63,532 nucleotides of DNA, filler included, from Octopus bimaculoides (GCF_001194135.2; 10 parts of 9 records of this genome joined end to end with filler, not necessarily neighbours in it), one strand, 5' to 3'. Counted from the first letter of the whole stretch, positions 22,754 through 37,146 are shown. Numbers and translations are program-made. The notes: generated from the letters alone by a model not told the origin.

Positions 22754-25700
22754 CTCTCGGTATTGATACTGCCTCTGACGCTGATATATATTTGGAAAAG
22801 TGGTTAGTGGGGAGAGGGGTTAATGGAGTGTGCGTGTGGGGTAGGGCGGGCACAATATAAGCGACGAGAGGAAAAGCGACGGATAAATCAGCTGGATTTG
22901 GATAAAAACGAATTACACGAAAGTTTTAATTTATCGAAAGTTTTATCAGCTGGACTGCTGGAATAGACATAAAAATGGTTAGTTGCAGGATTTTCAACTA
23001 GGAATTGAAACTGCAGTCTAAATGTTTCTGCTAGCTTCTTTTATTTGATCTGTCAAAATGCATTCAGAGATTTACGAGTCATCTATTAACTTCTTGATCA
23101 CTTCGAGTCAACATCAGTTCAACCTAAAGCCAAGAAAAGCCCTTTCTTCTTCTGACCAACTTTTGCTAGGAAATAATTATAAATACGGAACCCTAACAGA
23201 ATTCTTCCTCTTTTCTTTTATCCGTCACCTTGGCGGAAGTACACGCCAGGTTTTTTTTACCCGACAATTTGGCAGAGAGACATGCCTGTTTTCTTTCCTC
23301 AGCGCTGACAGAGTTAACGCATCTCGCTCTCTCTCTCTCCTTACTCATGGCTGTCACCAAGGTAGCATACATCTCTTACCCTCTCTACTTGACAACTTTC
23401 AGAGAAATAAATTCTATGACTCTCTCTCTTCTTTTTCCTTCATCTAGATAGCAGTTAACCACACTTGATCACAGGTATCTATACCAACAGCAGAAGCAAT
23501 ATTTATACACCAACAACTCGGAAGAGTTGTGTTTATTGTAACGATAAATAAAATTCAATTTAACAATTATCAATTTCTTCTGTCCTTTATTCTATGGACT
23601 TCGAAAATAACCATTGCATCTATAACGTAACGAACGGTTAGATATATAAATCTGATTAAGTCTTCAAAATTGAATTAAAATATAAAGGCAAACGATTTTA
23701 AATCCACATAAAATGGAAAGCAATTGTCGGTAATTCTGACCTTTCGTATTTTTTGGAAATAACAAAAGAAACACGAAAAGACAAAAACCAAGATATTTTT
23801 TAAAAAAATGTAAAACAAAAGAAAAGGCCGTCAGTTTGATAATATTACACAATAGAACATGTAGAAAATTTGATATTTTGATGGTGGTAGCGGGGTTAAT
23901 GCTGATTCTGAGCAGATTCCGGCTGAAAGTCAATATTTTGATTACATGTTGGAACTACGTGATCTCTTTCTTTCTTTCTTTCTTTCTATGTTTTGAGTGA
24001 GCGAGAGAGAGAGAGAGGGGGGGGGAGAGAAAGAGATAGAAAGTTGTGTAACATTGTAAATGTTGATCGTCTGCTAACGACCTTCTTTTATACTGGCCAT
24101 CTGTTAAGTGTTAGTAGAGAGAGAGAGAGAGGGGGAAGGGAGAGAGAGGGAGGGAGAGAGAGAAGGATTTGTGGGGAGAGAGGGAAAGAGAGGGCAAATG
24201 CATGAGAAGAGAGTGGGGAAAGAATGATAAACAGGTAGAGATAAGCGCGCGCGTATGCGCGTGTGTGTGTGTTGTGTCTGGTGGTAGTGGTGATGGTGCT
24301 GGTGGCGGTGGTGCTTGCTGTTTCCAACTTACTACCTTCTGTTCGACGATTGCGCTGTGGAAAGGGTGAAGAGTGACAGGGGTAGGTAATGATGAAGTAT
24401 AAGGGTGGTGGTGAGGAAGGTGGGTGGATGATGGTGGTGGATGGTAGTGTGGGGATGGAAAGATGGTGGAATTGCAGGTGCGTGTGTGTGTGTATATATA
24501 GTGTGTGTATGTGGTGGGGAAAGGTGAAGGGCTTGTTCGAGTGTGATGATGGAAATGGTGGTGGTTGTGGTGGTGGTGGTGGGAGGAGTATCATTAGAAA
24601 ATGGTACTCTTTTTGGTACTTTGTGGAGTAACAGGTTATGGTAGAGTCGCGCTTGAACTTTTTGTTAGTTATAAGGACGACGACGATGACGATTATAATG
24701 ATGGCGATGATGATGATGGTGATGTTAGCGATGACAGATGATGACGAAGAAGGTATTTCGGAGGTGATGACAAATTAGGTAACGGCTTCTTAATTAAAAG
24801 ACATTGTGTGTGTGTGTGTGTGTGTGTATATACGTATACATCGTATATGTGTGCGTACGCATGCATGTGCATATGCGTGTGTATATGCGCGCACGGTACT
24901 GTGACAAAGTGTGTGCTTGTGTGCATACGCATAAATACATAACTGCAACAAACACATACCAAATGATTGTTCCCTTACACATATATACCTGCATATAAAC
25001 TCACTCACATTCATGCTAACACACAGGTACTGCTAGAACACTAAAGACTACACAGACCTATCAAGTCTAATACAATAAAGTAACAATTGTCTGTCTGTCT
25101 GTCCACAAATATACGAGTATATACACACATATACACATATACACACATATATACACAAATGCCAAAGTTACCAGTTGCTTATCACTAACGAGGAAAACAG
25201 TTCTTTTGAAGCATTGCTCTCCCTTGACTGTGATCTCACATGTTTAAAATCAATTAGAGTATTGAAGCAGAAAGCGAATTATAGTTTATGCAATTACAAC
25301 TGACTGTCAGCATTTGAAGTTAGCTTTTAACTGCTTTATTATGCAACACCAATTGGTATCTTACATTTTTTTAAATACATACGTTCATAATGTATGTGTC
25401 TTGTGTATGCGTGTACATATATGCGTCTATGTTTAAATGCATGTATATAGAGCATTTAAATACACACACGTTTGTAAATATATACATGTTTGCATGTGTT
25501 GTTTTCAAAACAATAAGATCAAAAGTGTTGAATCTTGGCTGCTTTTCACACACACACACACACATATTATATATACACACACATACGCTCATATATATAT
25601 ATGCATATTGTCTAGATTATTTATTCCTTGCAGGCAGCTTTTGTTCTGCAGTTCTCTCTACCTATCTGTCTACCTGTCTGTCTGTTTACCTAAGGATCTA

Positions 25701-28678
25701 ACACTTGTCCGCCCTACCCACCCCTAAAACCACCCGACTCGCCCCCACTTCCACACCAGCCCACCCATATTTATAAGTAACAAGTTACGAAGTTTCATTA
25801 TTGCTTGAATGAATGCCATTCTGAACTTAGGATAGAATTCTGCAAGAATTTGAATTCTGCAATGATTAAATGTTAAATAAAGAATTTGGAATTCGTTTTG
25901 TGATATTTCCTCCAAGACATAATACAAAACTACATTCCAAACCATATTGGACTGCATAACAATAAGGGCATTATCCTACTATGTACTAATGAAACAGTTC
26001 ACCTAAAGATTCACTGCAACACATTCCTTCATATAACACCTGGCTGCACCATAAAGCAACGTTAGAAATAGCAAAATCTTTAAATCACACAGAAGAGAAT
26101 AGAATTTAAGGTAGACTGTGCCTGAAAAAATTGACGAGATGATCATGGTTGGAATGTCCCCGAAGAAGGTTTTTTTTCGTTCAGAACTGTACCTTGTACC
26201 ACACAAAATACCATTACAACATCATAGGTCACACAAAGGTACATTTAAAAAATTCAAACATTTTTACAAAAATAATCAGTCTTGACATTCGTGTAGAAAT
26301 GATGCAGGAAACATGTTTACAACCATATTACAGGAAACCTTACATCATTACTTGCACTTATATCAAGTTAGACATAGCTTATACAACGGAAGTAGCCTTA
26401 TAACTTCCATGAGATCTTGCATATCGTACATAAATATTGCAAACTAATCTATGACGTAACACCAGAAATACAGGCTTTTATACAAATACTAACAACATGA
26501 TGCGCAGTAACAGTAATATAAACACGTACGCACACACAGAAAGAGAAAAGGATATATATATATATATATNNNNNNNNNNNNNNNNNNNNNNNNNNNNNNN
26601 NNNNNNNNNNNNNTTAATTAATTAANNNNNNNNNNNNNNNNNNNNNNNNNNNNNNNNNNNNNNNNNNNNAACCGCGATCCTATGACCGTGAGCCCGCTGC
26701 CCTAACCACTGGGCCATTGTGCCTCCACAACACATGACTAGGTGGAGAGTAAACCCACCTGCAACCAACAGAAACCAGTGGTGTCAACTTGCTGTCAAAT
26801 GAGTTTCAGATTACACGAGGGACTATTCATCCGTGCCTACCTCCACCTAAAGATTATATTCTTGTAATATCACTTGACATAATATGTAGTAAAGCATCTT
26901 CCCAGTTATTTCAGAGCAATGCTCTTGCCTGCCTACCTAAATTAGATTTGGCCCAATTATCATGTGTTCGTTATGGATCTCCCTGTGTCTATTTATCTGT
27001 TTGTGCATCTTTTTTATCTTTTACTTATTTCAGTCATATTTCAGTCATTTTACGAGCTGGCTGTTCGTTGATCAGATCAACTGGAACCCTCGACCTCGTA
27101 AGCGACGGAGTGCCAACAACAAAATTTCAGTCATAAGATCGTGGCCATGCTGAGGCACCACCTTGAAGAATTTTACTCAAATGAATCAACCCTATTAATC
27201 ATCTCGGAGTGGTTGGCGTTAGGAAGGGCATCCAGCTGTAGAAACCTTGTCAGATCGGATCGGATTGGAGCTTGGTGCAGCCTCCTGGCTTGCCAGTCCC
27301 CAGTCAAACCGTCTGGCCCATGCCAGTATGGAAAGCAGCCGTTAAACGATGATGATGATGAAAAGCCTGGTACTTATTCTAGCAGTCTCTTTTGCTGAAC
27401 TGCTAAGTTACAGGGATGTAGGTACACCGACACAGCTTGACAAGCAGTGGTAGGGGACAGGCATAGATACACACATGCTGTTATAATGTGAGATCCTCGT
27501 CTACTCATATGTTACTGTCGGCGATGTAATATTTTTGTCGCCAGTATTATGTTGTGCNNNNNNNNNNNNNNNNNNNNNNNNNNNNNNNNNNNNNNNNNNN
27601 NNNNNNNNNNNNNNNNNNNNNNNNNNNNNNNNNNNNNNNNNNNNNNNNNNNNNNNNNNNNNNNNNNNNNNNNNNNNNNNNNNNNNNNNNNNNNNNNNNNN
27701 NNNNNNNNNNNNNNNNNNNNNNNNNNNNNNNNNNNNNNNNNNNNNNNNNNNNNNNNNNNNNNNNNNNNNNNNNNNNNNNNNNNNNNNNNNNNNNNNNNNN
27801 NNNNNNNNNNNNNNNNNNNNNNNNNNNNNNNNNNNNNNNNNNNNNNNNNNNNNNNNNNNNNNNNNNNNNNNNNNNNNNNNNNNNNNNNNNNNNNNNNNNN
27901 NNNNNNNNNNNNNNNNNNNNNNNNNNNNNNNNNNNNNNNNNNNNNNNNNNNNNNNNNNNNNNNNNNNNNNNNNNNNNNNNNNNNNNNNNNNNNNNNNNNN
28001 NNNNNNNNNNNNNNNNNNNNNNNNNNNNNNNNNNNNNNNNNNNNNNNNNNNNNNNNNNNNNNNNNNNNNNNNNNNNNNNNNNNNNNNNNNNNNNNNNNNN
28101 NNNNNNNNNNNNNAACGTCGCTTGACAACCGATGGTGGTGTGCTTACGTCCCCGTAACTTAGCGGTTCGGCAAAAGAGATCGATAGAATAAGTTCTAGGC
28201 TTCCAAAGAATAAGTCCTGGGTTCGAGTTGCTCAACTAAAGGCGGTGCTCTAGCATGGCCGCAGTCAAATGACTGAAACCAGTAAAGGGAGAGTGTGTAT
28301 GTGGTGTATGTTAGCTCACTGTCTCCATCAGATTGATTTTGCCTGAACAAGGTACCATGTGTCAGGGTACCCATGTGTCAGGCGTCGAAGTGATTGCAAC
28401 GTGAGATGAAGCGTTTTACTCAAGAACACAGTACGCCACCTGGTCTAGATTGTGAGCGCCACACCCCAACAACTTGGCTATGTGTATGTGTGTGCATGTG
28501 TGGTGGTGGCTGCAAAGCAATCTTCTTCACTATTCATCCGTGCCTACCTCCACCTAAAGATTATATTCTTGTAATATCNNNNNNNNNNNNNNNNNNNNNN
28601 NNNNNNNNNNNNNNNNNNNNNNTTAATTAATTAANNNNNNNNNNNNNNNNNNNNNNNNNNNNNNNNNNNNNNNNNNNN

Positions 28679-28725
<47 letters not shown>

Positions 28726-28866
28726 CATACACACATACACATATACACACACTCCTGTTGACAGATAAGGACACAGGGCGTATATATGTATGAATACGTA
28801 CAAGTGCACCATTATATATAGCAATAAGACCATGAAACTACATGTGACCCTATATAACTGACAGCA

Positions 28867-28868
28867 TA

Positions 28869-28936
<68 letters not shown>
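28867..28936. repeat. (TATC)n/(GATA)n tetranucleotide arrays; others at 41923-41995, 52946-53006, 53071-53127, 56609-56647
   Basis: Direct reading. Confidence 0.95.
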
Positions 28937-28965
<29 letters not shown>

Positions 28966-29157
28966 GTATATATATATATATGCATATATGTGTGTGTGCG
29001 AGTGAGAGTGTGTATGAATGTGTATTTGTGTGCGCGAGTGAGTGTTTTTGTGCATGTGTATAAAAAGCACTCGTAATTATATATCTATGAATACAGCTAT
29101 TCATGTCTATCGTGTATCTCTATTCTTCCACCTACGTCGTTTAGCTATCAATGTGCG

Positions 29158-29193
<36 letters not shown>

Positions 29194-29873
29194 GATATAT
29201 GTATCGATGTAAATATAGGAATATATATGTGTTCTGTTGTTGTGACGTGTGTGAGCTGGTCTTTATGAATGTCAAAATTGTTGCAGGCATATAATTTACA
29301 ACAAAGAGTTGTACGTAGTTTCTTACATTTCTCTTAGCTCACCTTTGTGTTCATGTCAACATGGCTTCCTTATAATCTTACTATCTGTCTTTTGAGTCGG
29401 TGTCATTTTGTCACTTGATGTCACTTGATCAAAATCACTTGGGGCCAAATTAGTTGCTGTGTCACAGAGTCATTTACATCACATCCTACCGACAAGAAGT
29501 CATTCATTCGATGTCTGACACTCGCATAGATAATAGCTTGTTTAACGCCGTCTCAGCCCTGTACAGATAGATTAACAACAGTAAGGTGATACTTTACACG
29601 ATATATATTTTAAACAGGGGACAAGTTCATGCTTTATTATTTAATTTTATTTATTTATTTACTTATTTATTGTATGTAGAGCAATATAATAAAACGGATA
29701 GGAAATTGCTAATAAAAAGTGTACGACATCTACCTATCGTAGTTCCGGGTTCAATCCAACTGCGTGGCACCTTGGGCATGTGCTTTCTACTATAGCCACG
29801 GGCCGACCAAAGCCTTGTAAGTGGATTTTGTAGGCGGAAACTGAAAGAAGGCCGTCGTATATATATATATATA

Positions 29874-30070
29874 ATATACATACAATATTAGATATGTACA
29901 TAGAGGTAAGACATTATTATTGTTCACTGATATTTTTTCCTATCATATCTGTAATAGATTTGTGACTAATCGATGGTACAGAAGTATTTTTTGACTTCTA
30001 TCATTAGCGATATAGGTTCTCATCTAGTACCCTTGTGTATATATGTACATATCTAATATTGTATGTATAT
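29874..30070. mobile_element. Small MITE with perfect 29-bp terminal inverted repeats in a TA-rich context
   Basis: ATATACATACAATATTAGATATGTACATA (29874-29902) and its exact reverse complement at 30042-30070. Confidence 0.75.
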
Positions 30071-30400
30071 AGTTTATTAATTTGCCCGTACGGCTGATAA
30101 TTCGCTTGCCACTCGTGATGATATTTTAATAATACCATCCCTATATTTATTTATTTATATATATATATATATATACTCTTTTACATGTTTCAGACATTTG
30201 ACTGCGGCCATGCTGGAGCACCGCCTTTAGTCGAGCAAATCGACCCCAGGACTAATACTTAGTAAACCTAGTACTTATTCTATCGGTCTCTTTCGTTGAA
30301 CCACTAAGTTATGGGGACATAAACATACTAGCATCGATTGTCAAGCGATGTTGGGGGGGGACAAATACAGACACACAATCATATACAGAATAATAATAAA

Positions 30401-30465
30401 GAAGAAGAAGAAGAAGAAGAAGAAGAAGAAGAAGAAGAAGAAGAAGAAGAAGAAGAAGAAGAAGA
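30401..30465. repeat. (GAA)n microsatellite
   Basis: About 21 perfect units; source of the poly-E, poly-K and poly-L pseudo-ORFs. Confidence 0.95.
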
Positions 30466-30759
30466 ATATTTTTGTTATTGCCCAAAAAGGTTGCAAAAAA
30501 AAGCAATTTGGAATACAAAGACAAAAGACCGTTGGTGATTTACATAAATACGTGTAGTAAACATAAACAATAACAAGAAAATCACAAAATTAAAATTCCC
30601 CGACAGAGGCGGATCGAACACTACCCAGGGGCACCCAAGAAACTCCTTTAGTTGTCAAGCGGTGGTGGTGATAAATACTCACACACAATGCTTTGATCAC
30701 CCTTATTTCCAGGAGATCTATGCCAAGAGCTTCTCCTTACATTTCACTCTAAGGGTTCG

Positions 30760-31200
30760 TGCTTAGAATAAGTTCATTCACTTGCGCCATTCTCACTATA
30801 TTCATCTACTTATCACAAATATATTCAGGTCAGCATCTCCCACTCTGTATCCACTTGCTTCTCCAGATGGAACTTGAAAAAAAGCCACGAGGGTATTGTC
30901 GAATGTGTCTATATTCATTCCATTTAGTCGCTTCCACAACACCACCTCTTTCTAAATGGACACCAGATACAGGAAAGCAGCTTGCCCTTCTCGACCAAAC
31001 AAAGACGATGGGACGTTCTTCCAGGTGGAGTTGGTGAGAGCCGAATGCATCTTACACCTGATTGCAGCTGTTTCGACATAACTCCACAATTTGACATTGC
31101 TGGAAGAATGTAAAAACGCGTGAATGAATGTTTCGTCACTTTGCGCGAATTTCTGGCAGGCACAGTTGTCAACACTACTCTGTCTGTAAAATTTACATGG
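30760..31200 (-). mobile_element. Possible L1/Tx1-clade LINE ORF2 C-terminal (zf-RVT-like) relic
   Basis: CACQKFAQSDETFIHAFLHSSSNVKLWSYVE resembles the CxxC..ETxxHxFxxCxxxxxLW motif. Confidence 0.4.
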
Positions 31201-32862
31201 AACCATCAAAGCCCCTGGCAGCACTACCAAGCCAAGGATTTCTGAAAAATACGCTGTGCAACACAATTTTTGTCCTAGGGTAGCGAATATCATTTCCTAT
31301 TTGCTTACCTCTAGAAAGTATGAAAAATGGGTAATGTTTCCTTTAATCTTTGCTTTAGTTACATTTATTCAAACTCCAAAAGAAACCTTCTCAAAACACG
31401 GCTATGATGCTCCCCAACTACTCCTGCTCATGATAGAGATGCTCATATTGTCAGCCACTAAGGGATATGCTCAAGTGGTTAAGGTCAAGCAACTGACAAA
31501 GAAATCTGTGGTATTGAGCTGAACATTTGCTATAACGATATTTCTGCTTCAGCAACTCAGTGCTGAATCTGTCTGAAATGTAATGGAAAGCGGGTCAGTT
31601 TCAAAATATTGATGTCCAAGTCACAAAAGCAAAGTTTGAAGGGGAAAGTAGTAATCTCCTTTGATTTCTTGATAGAAACACATAGGAAATAACACTTACT
31701 GACCAAAGACAAAAAAAAATGTTACACTGTGTTATCTGTGATCCCACCCCAATATTCTTCTGGAAAAACTAGGCAGTTGATTTTTATCGAATCCCAGAGT
31801 TTTTCCGGAGATGTTCATCGCTCCGAGACACTGTAAGACCGTTTAGGCTCACTATGAATGATTGGTGTACCTTATTACGAAACCGACCACGACTACAAGG
31901 AATTAGTTGCTTCTTTGTTACTCATCCCATTAGCGAAATGGCTCCAAGGAACAATGTCCGAAAATTACAATTGGGATTTATTAGCAATACCTCTGCGGAC
32001 ACTTAAAGAGAAGTTTACAGTGGCTGGTGCCTAAATCAGTATTGAAATTAATCCGGCTAATCCATTCTGTTACACAGCGGTGGCTAAAATCTATCGATAT
32101 ATATGGTTGCACAGAGATAATACATTGTTAAGGCATCCACAACTTAATGCATTATTCGTGATTGTAGTTCGTGATATATATATGGAGTGTCTATTTCTAT
32201 TATATAATTCTGTGATTCTTTAAATTCTGAGTGCAACAACTTTTTGATTTTGTAATGTTTAATTATTAGTGAATTCTTCAGTCCAGCACTTCATTTATAT
32301 TTCTGGGCAGGTATATCTAATTTCTCTCAGCTAGATCTTTTTGCTCTCTAGAGTTGATGTTTTTATATCAAGTACGTCTCTTCTATATAGTTCTACATAA
32401 AAATATCTAGACGATCGATCTCACTTCCGTATGAATGTGTATAAACAAATTTGGAAGAATTATTAGTCTGTCATTTTCAGATTCTGTTTCTGCTGTATAT
32501 TTATACCATCTGTTGTATAGATCAAGTTTGAAGTCTCGTCCAGAGTTTTTAATACATTTATCTAACTACTTCATTGATTTCCCTTAGTGTACATATTTTG
32601 TGTCATGGTCAGAGATCGTTACTTAACATGAAGGAATATTTCTGAGTACTTAACAACCACTGTAAGGAAACTGCCTTTAAAATCTTTTTTACCTGTAAAT
32701 AGCAATCTTGTTATGATATCAAAATACATTTAGTCTCAGCTTCTAAGCCTGAGTTTTGAATACTTATTAGACTATACTGGCTTGCCTCAGCATGACCAAA
32801 GCTTTAAAGATGAAACAAGTTAAAGAAACATTGAAAAACATAATTAGTACGCAGGCTGTAGA

Positions 32863-32916
32863 AGTTAGACACATGGTGAGAGTTAGACACATGGTGAGAG
32901 TTAGACACACAGTGAG
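32863..32916. repeat. 18-bp tandem triplication AGTTAGACACATGGTGAG
   Basis: Two perfect units plus one variant. Confidence 0.9.
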
Positions 32917-34359
32917 GAAAAGAGATGTGGGGGCGACAGGCAGAGCTGCTTGTTCGTTCAGAGATGCGGGTAGGATCGAGGATTAGTGGTTTCGCAAATA
33001 ACTATATGGCTTTTGTTTGGACGCTGTCTGAATAATTTCCATGCGTATAGCAACTGCTCCATCCCAGATATATGCTGTCAGCTCTAATGCCGTATGTACT
33101 TAATCATTGACAAATTTTTTCAACCGAAGAAAATTAATATAGCTTTTAGCTCTGAAGAAGGAATCTAAAATTTAGGAAACTCTCTTGTATGTATGACCAC
33201 AATCAGTACTCTTCGGTACAGATATCATTGTTGTTATTGGTGGTGGTGCTGTTATCTCATATTGGCACAGATTGATCAAACTTATGGAGAAAATTATTCA
33301 AGATTCTTTTAGTAATAATATACTACAGATAACAACGTCCAAACATAATTTTTTTAAAACAGTAGGTTGTGGTTTGCGTGAGATTTGACTACTATTTTTA
33401 GCAAATGGCAGTACCAGATAGAAGCTCTTTCATTGGCTCGACATCCCAAACGGACTTCATAAATGTTGAAAGTATAAATTTAGCAAAATTGTTTTTAAGT
33501 ACGGTCGCCACAAGAGAAGCATAAGCCACAATAAAACCTAGGTAATATAATGTATTAAAGTTGGAGAAAATAGAAATAATAATCTGCGAAACGGAATAAC
33601 ACCATCTTACTAAAATCAAATCTACTTTACCTTTATACAGTTGTTTTGTTTTCATTCCATGATAACTTGCTTGTTTTTTCTGTGCATGTGTCAGAAATAC
33701 TTACCACCAAGTCAACGGGGACTCCTATTATATTTTATCAAAGAAAATAGGTTTACGTATGATGTGTGTTATGGATGACTGTGGTAATTAATATGTAATG
33801 TGATATTTGGTGATAAAATAAGGGATAATATGAACTACGATGACCCTGTTCTTCTTGACTTTCAACCATTTTTACAATCTTTCTTTCTTTCTTTCTTTGT
33901 TCCTTTTTTTTCTATTGGTCCGCCCTCTCTTATTCTTTTGTTTATTTTCCTCTCTTACTTCCTCTCGCTTCACTTCCGACCGAAAAGGCCGAGGTAACCC
34001 GTCTAAAGTTGTTAAATTTGATATCTCAGCAAAAACATCAATGCTATTTTAAGTAGTAGTAGCTGCAGCAATGGCGGTGGTGGTGGCAGTAGTAGTAGCA
34101 GCAGTAGTAGCAGTAGTGATGGCAATAGGAGTAGTAGTAGTAGTAGTAGTAGTAAAGAAGTTTCGTATAGCCCCATGTTGGCGCTGCCAATACAAACCTC
34201 TAATTAAGAATATAAAGACATTCCACCCATAACCATCCGGTTTTTTCCTTTTCTCAATCCATTGTGTTTTATTTTCTAAGACGTGGTATAATTTGAGATC
34301 GATTTGACTGCTATTTCTAGTATTTCTCGTATGTCGAACGACGTGATTAATTAGAGATT

Positions 34360-34525
34360 ATTGCTTAACAGCATTGCGTCCGTTTTTACGTTCTGAGTTC
34401 AAATGCTGTCGAGGTTGACTCTGCCTTTCATTCTCTCGGGGTCGATAAAATAAGTACCAGTCAAATACTGAGGTCGACGTAATCGACTTCCACCCCCACC
34501 TAAATCTCAAGCCTTGTCCTTACAG
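34360..34525 (+). mobile_element. SINE family B (TTCTGAGTTCAAAT / GAGGTTGACTTTGCCTTTCATCC core), partial
   Basis: Same core as 34960-35170, 46341-46695 and 47120-47265. Confidence 0.75.
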
Positions 34526-34559
34526 TACGTACAACAGATTAGACTGTAAGAAAAGAACA

Positions 34560-34868
34560 ATTCCTAACATAGAGCTACAAGTAACTTTAGATGCAAAGAA
34601 CCCTCCTAAGTAACCTAGCCGTCCCAAATAACACTGTTTTCTGGAATTGTAGTAAACTAAGTTTTATGCATATTTTCGCAGTCCATCTCTTCAAATCTTT
34701 AGGGATTGTTCTTAATGCACCTATAACTACCGGGACACATTTTACCCGCACATTCCGTAGCCTCTGTAACTCAATGGAGAGGTCCTGGTATTTCACTCCT
34801 TTCTCTATACCTCTCGTATTCACTTTCTCGTTATTTGGGACTGTAAAGTCACTTTACCTGGTCAAATC
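34560..34868 (-). mobile_element. 5'-truncated R4/Dong-clade LINE, restriction-like endonuclease C-terminus
   Basis: DFTVPNNEKVNTRGIEKGVKYQDLSIELQRL...VPVVIGALRTIPK...FQKTVLFGTARLLRRVL matches the R4-clade RLE tail (KxxKYxDL; LQKxxLLGTARILRRVL). Abuts (TAA)n. Confidence 0.8.
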
Positions 34869-34880
34869 CTATTATTATTA

Positions 34881-34933
<53 letters not shown>

Positions 34934-34959
34934 AATAATAATACTAATAATATTATTAC

Positions 34960-35170
34960 GGCGGTGAATTGGTAGAACCGTTAGCACGCCGAGAAAAATG
35001 CTTAGCGGTATTTCGTCCGTCTTTACGTTCTGAGTTCAAATTCTGCCGAGGTTGACTTTGCCTTTAGTCCTTTCGGGGTCAATAAATTAAGTACCAGTGA
35101 AGCACTGAGATCGATGTACTCGTCTTACACTTCCACTAAAATTTCAGGCCTTGTGCTTTTAGTAGAAAGG

Positions 35171-35210
<40 letters not shown>
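34960..35210 (+). mobile_element. Full-length SINE family B with (TTA)n tail
   Basis: GGCGGTGAATTGGTAGAACCGTTAGCACGCCG head, TTCTGAGTTCAAATTC B-box-like motif, AGTAGAAAGGATTATTATT end. Confidence 0.8.
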
Positions 35211-35211
<1 letters not shown>

Positions 35212-37115
35212 GATGATGATGATCATCATCATCCTCATCATCTTTTCCATTTCAACGAATTAAAGACTTCGATGAAAGACTATCGAAATCCTGGCGTATT
35301 TCTATTTTAGTTTTAATTGTTCAATGGTATTCTTCTATAAATATATCTTGATTTGACATAAATCTTGGAAAAGCATCGTTTTTTTATTAAGTGGTTGATA
35401 CTCGCAATTTTATAGTTTTTATTATCGATTACATTACTCTATGTCTGACCCCCATTATATGTTCTTAACCTGCATGACATTATTGTTAGCGCTGAGTAAT
35501 TTAACTTTGAAGTCGTTCTCAGGACATAATAATTTAGCTAAGCTCGGGTAATTGGAATGTATCAAAGCTTTAAAAATTCTCAAAGGGAATATGTCGAAAG
35601 ATTTCTATGCTGAGACTTATCAATAATTTATCATAAATTATTTATTCCAAAAAGCTTTCTCATATATTTGATCAAGAATGCTTTGTTAGGTTATAGTCTC
35701 GAATCATTCGATTTAAGGCCTCTAACCTGTTAACAAAGATTAATGTTTTCCTTAAACATACAAACTGCGAAATATTGATATTTCATGAAATTATCTCCCC
35801 CTTTCCTTCAGAATAACTAAAAATTTAATCAAAAGATCCCTCCTTTTCTGAAATTAAAAGATTTACTTCCAGCAATTTAGAAATTTTGGTGGGCGCTAGC
35901 AGTTCATCTCTTAGATTATCTATTTAACTTAGTACCAGGATCTTGATTAACTCCGTGAACTAGGGCCCATATGATCTCTGGTGATTGCATGGGGAACCAT
36001 ATAAGATTTTGTGAGGTCCGTGGAAGCAAAATAGAAAATTGGGTGGCCATGCTAGTGTTTTAGGTGTCCACGAGGAAAGTTTTGTATTAGACATACATAT
36101 TGCAAGAAACAGCTTAGTTCTTTCTTTAACACTTAATATAGTAGTGTTTAAACTCTCTCATTTCTGCCTTTATTTGGGTAAATAAATACTCCAGTTAAGT
36201 GTTGGTCAGCCCTTGGACAGCTTCCATGCATGTTAACATTCTCTCGCATTCTCTACACGATCTGAGTAGACTACTGATGCCGTTGAGTAGACTACTAGAA
36301 CAAAAGCCATCCAGGACTAGACTTGGAATGAATCCTGGAGTGGCTTCTCGTTGCCTTTGCTAACTCACTATCAAAAGCTCGGAACTGACTCGATACGGCA
36401 AAAGAAGGTGACAACTGATTATCATTGACAAGGCTGGAACCAAATTTTGAAAAACTAGCAGAGCAGCCTATGCACCACAAGTGTCGCGTTGAATAAAATA
36501 GCACGAAAGTAGTAGTTTTCTTCTAAATGAATATATTCTTGTGTATATAACTTACTTTGCTAGTGAATATTCATTTTCCATGGAATTTAGTTTGTTGTTA
36601 AAATTTATGCGCATTAAATCAAAATATTTCCACAGATTTTATACAATTCTTAATAGTATTTAATTATGAGAATAGAATAGGATTTTTTTAAAACATCGAA
36701 TTGTTATGGAGATCCACCAGAGTAAAAGGGAATCAAAGGAGTCCATAGGTCGAAATAAGATTGTAAACCATTGTCTTAATTCATTTTGTCTTCTGAGTCG
36801 CATACTCTCTCTCTTTTACTTGTTTCAGTCATTTGACTGCGGCCATGCTGGAGCACCACATTTAGTCGAGGAAATCGACCACGGGACTTAGTCTTTGTAA
36901 GTCTAGTACTTATTCTATCGGTATCTTTTGCCGAACCGCTAAGTGACNNNNNNNNNNNNNNNNNNNNNNNNNNNNNNNNNNNNNNNNNNNNTTAATTAAT
37001 TAANNNNNNNNNNNNNNNNNNNNNNNNNNNNNNNNNNNNNNNNNNNNTAGGACAAAGACATAAACACACCATCTCTATCCATGTCTTTCTCTTCTCTTTC
37101 TTTTCCCTTTTTCTC

Positions 37116-37146
<31 letters not shown>

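Noticed and set aside
23058-23447. 129-aa plus-strand ORF
   Set aside because: No recognisable domain, and the composition matches non-coding low-complexity DNA.
26002-26142. Minus-strand segment bounded by ttttttcag| and AG|GTGAAC as a possible ARMC2 or NF-YB exon
   Set aside because: The only long open frame ends in TAG at the donor, and the peptide resembles neither protein.
27501-28235. Long X-filled ORFs (also 47866-48655, 49665-50256, 59584-60676)
   Set aside because: They run through N gaps.
26822-28578. Exact 50-bp direct repeat (26822-26871 and 28529-28578)
   Set aside because: The second copy ends exactly at a gap. It is most likely an unmerged contig overlap or haplotype duplication.
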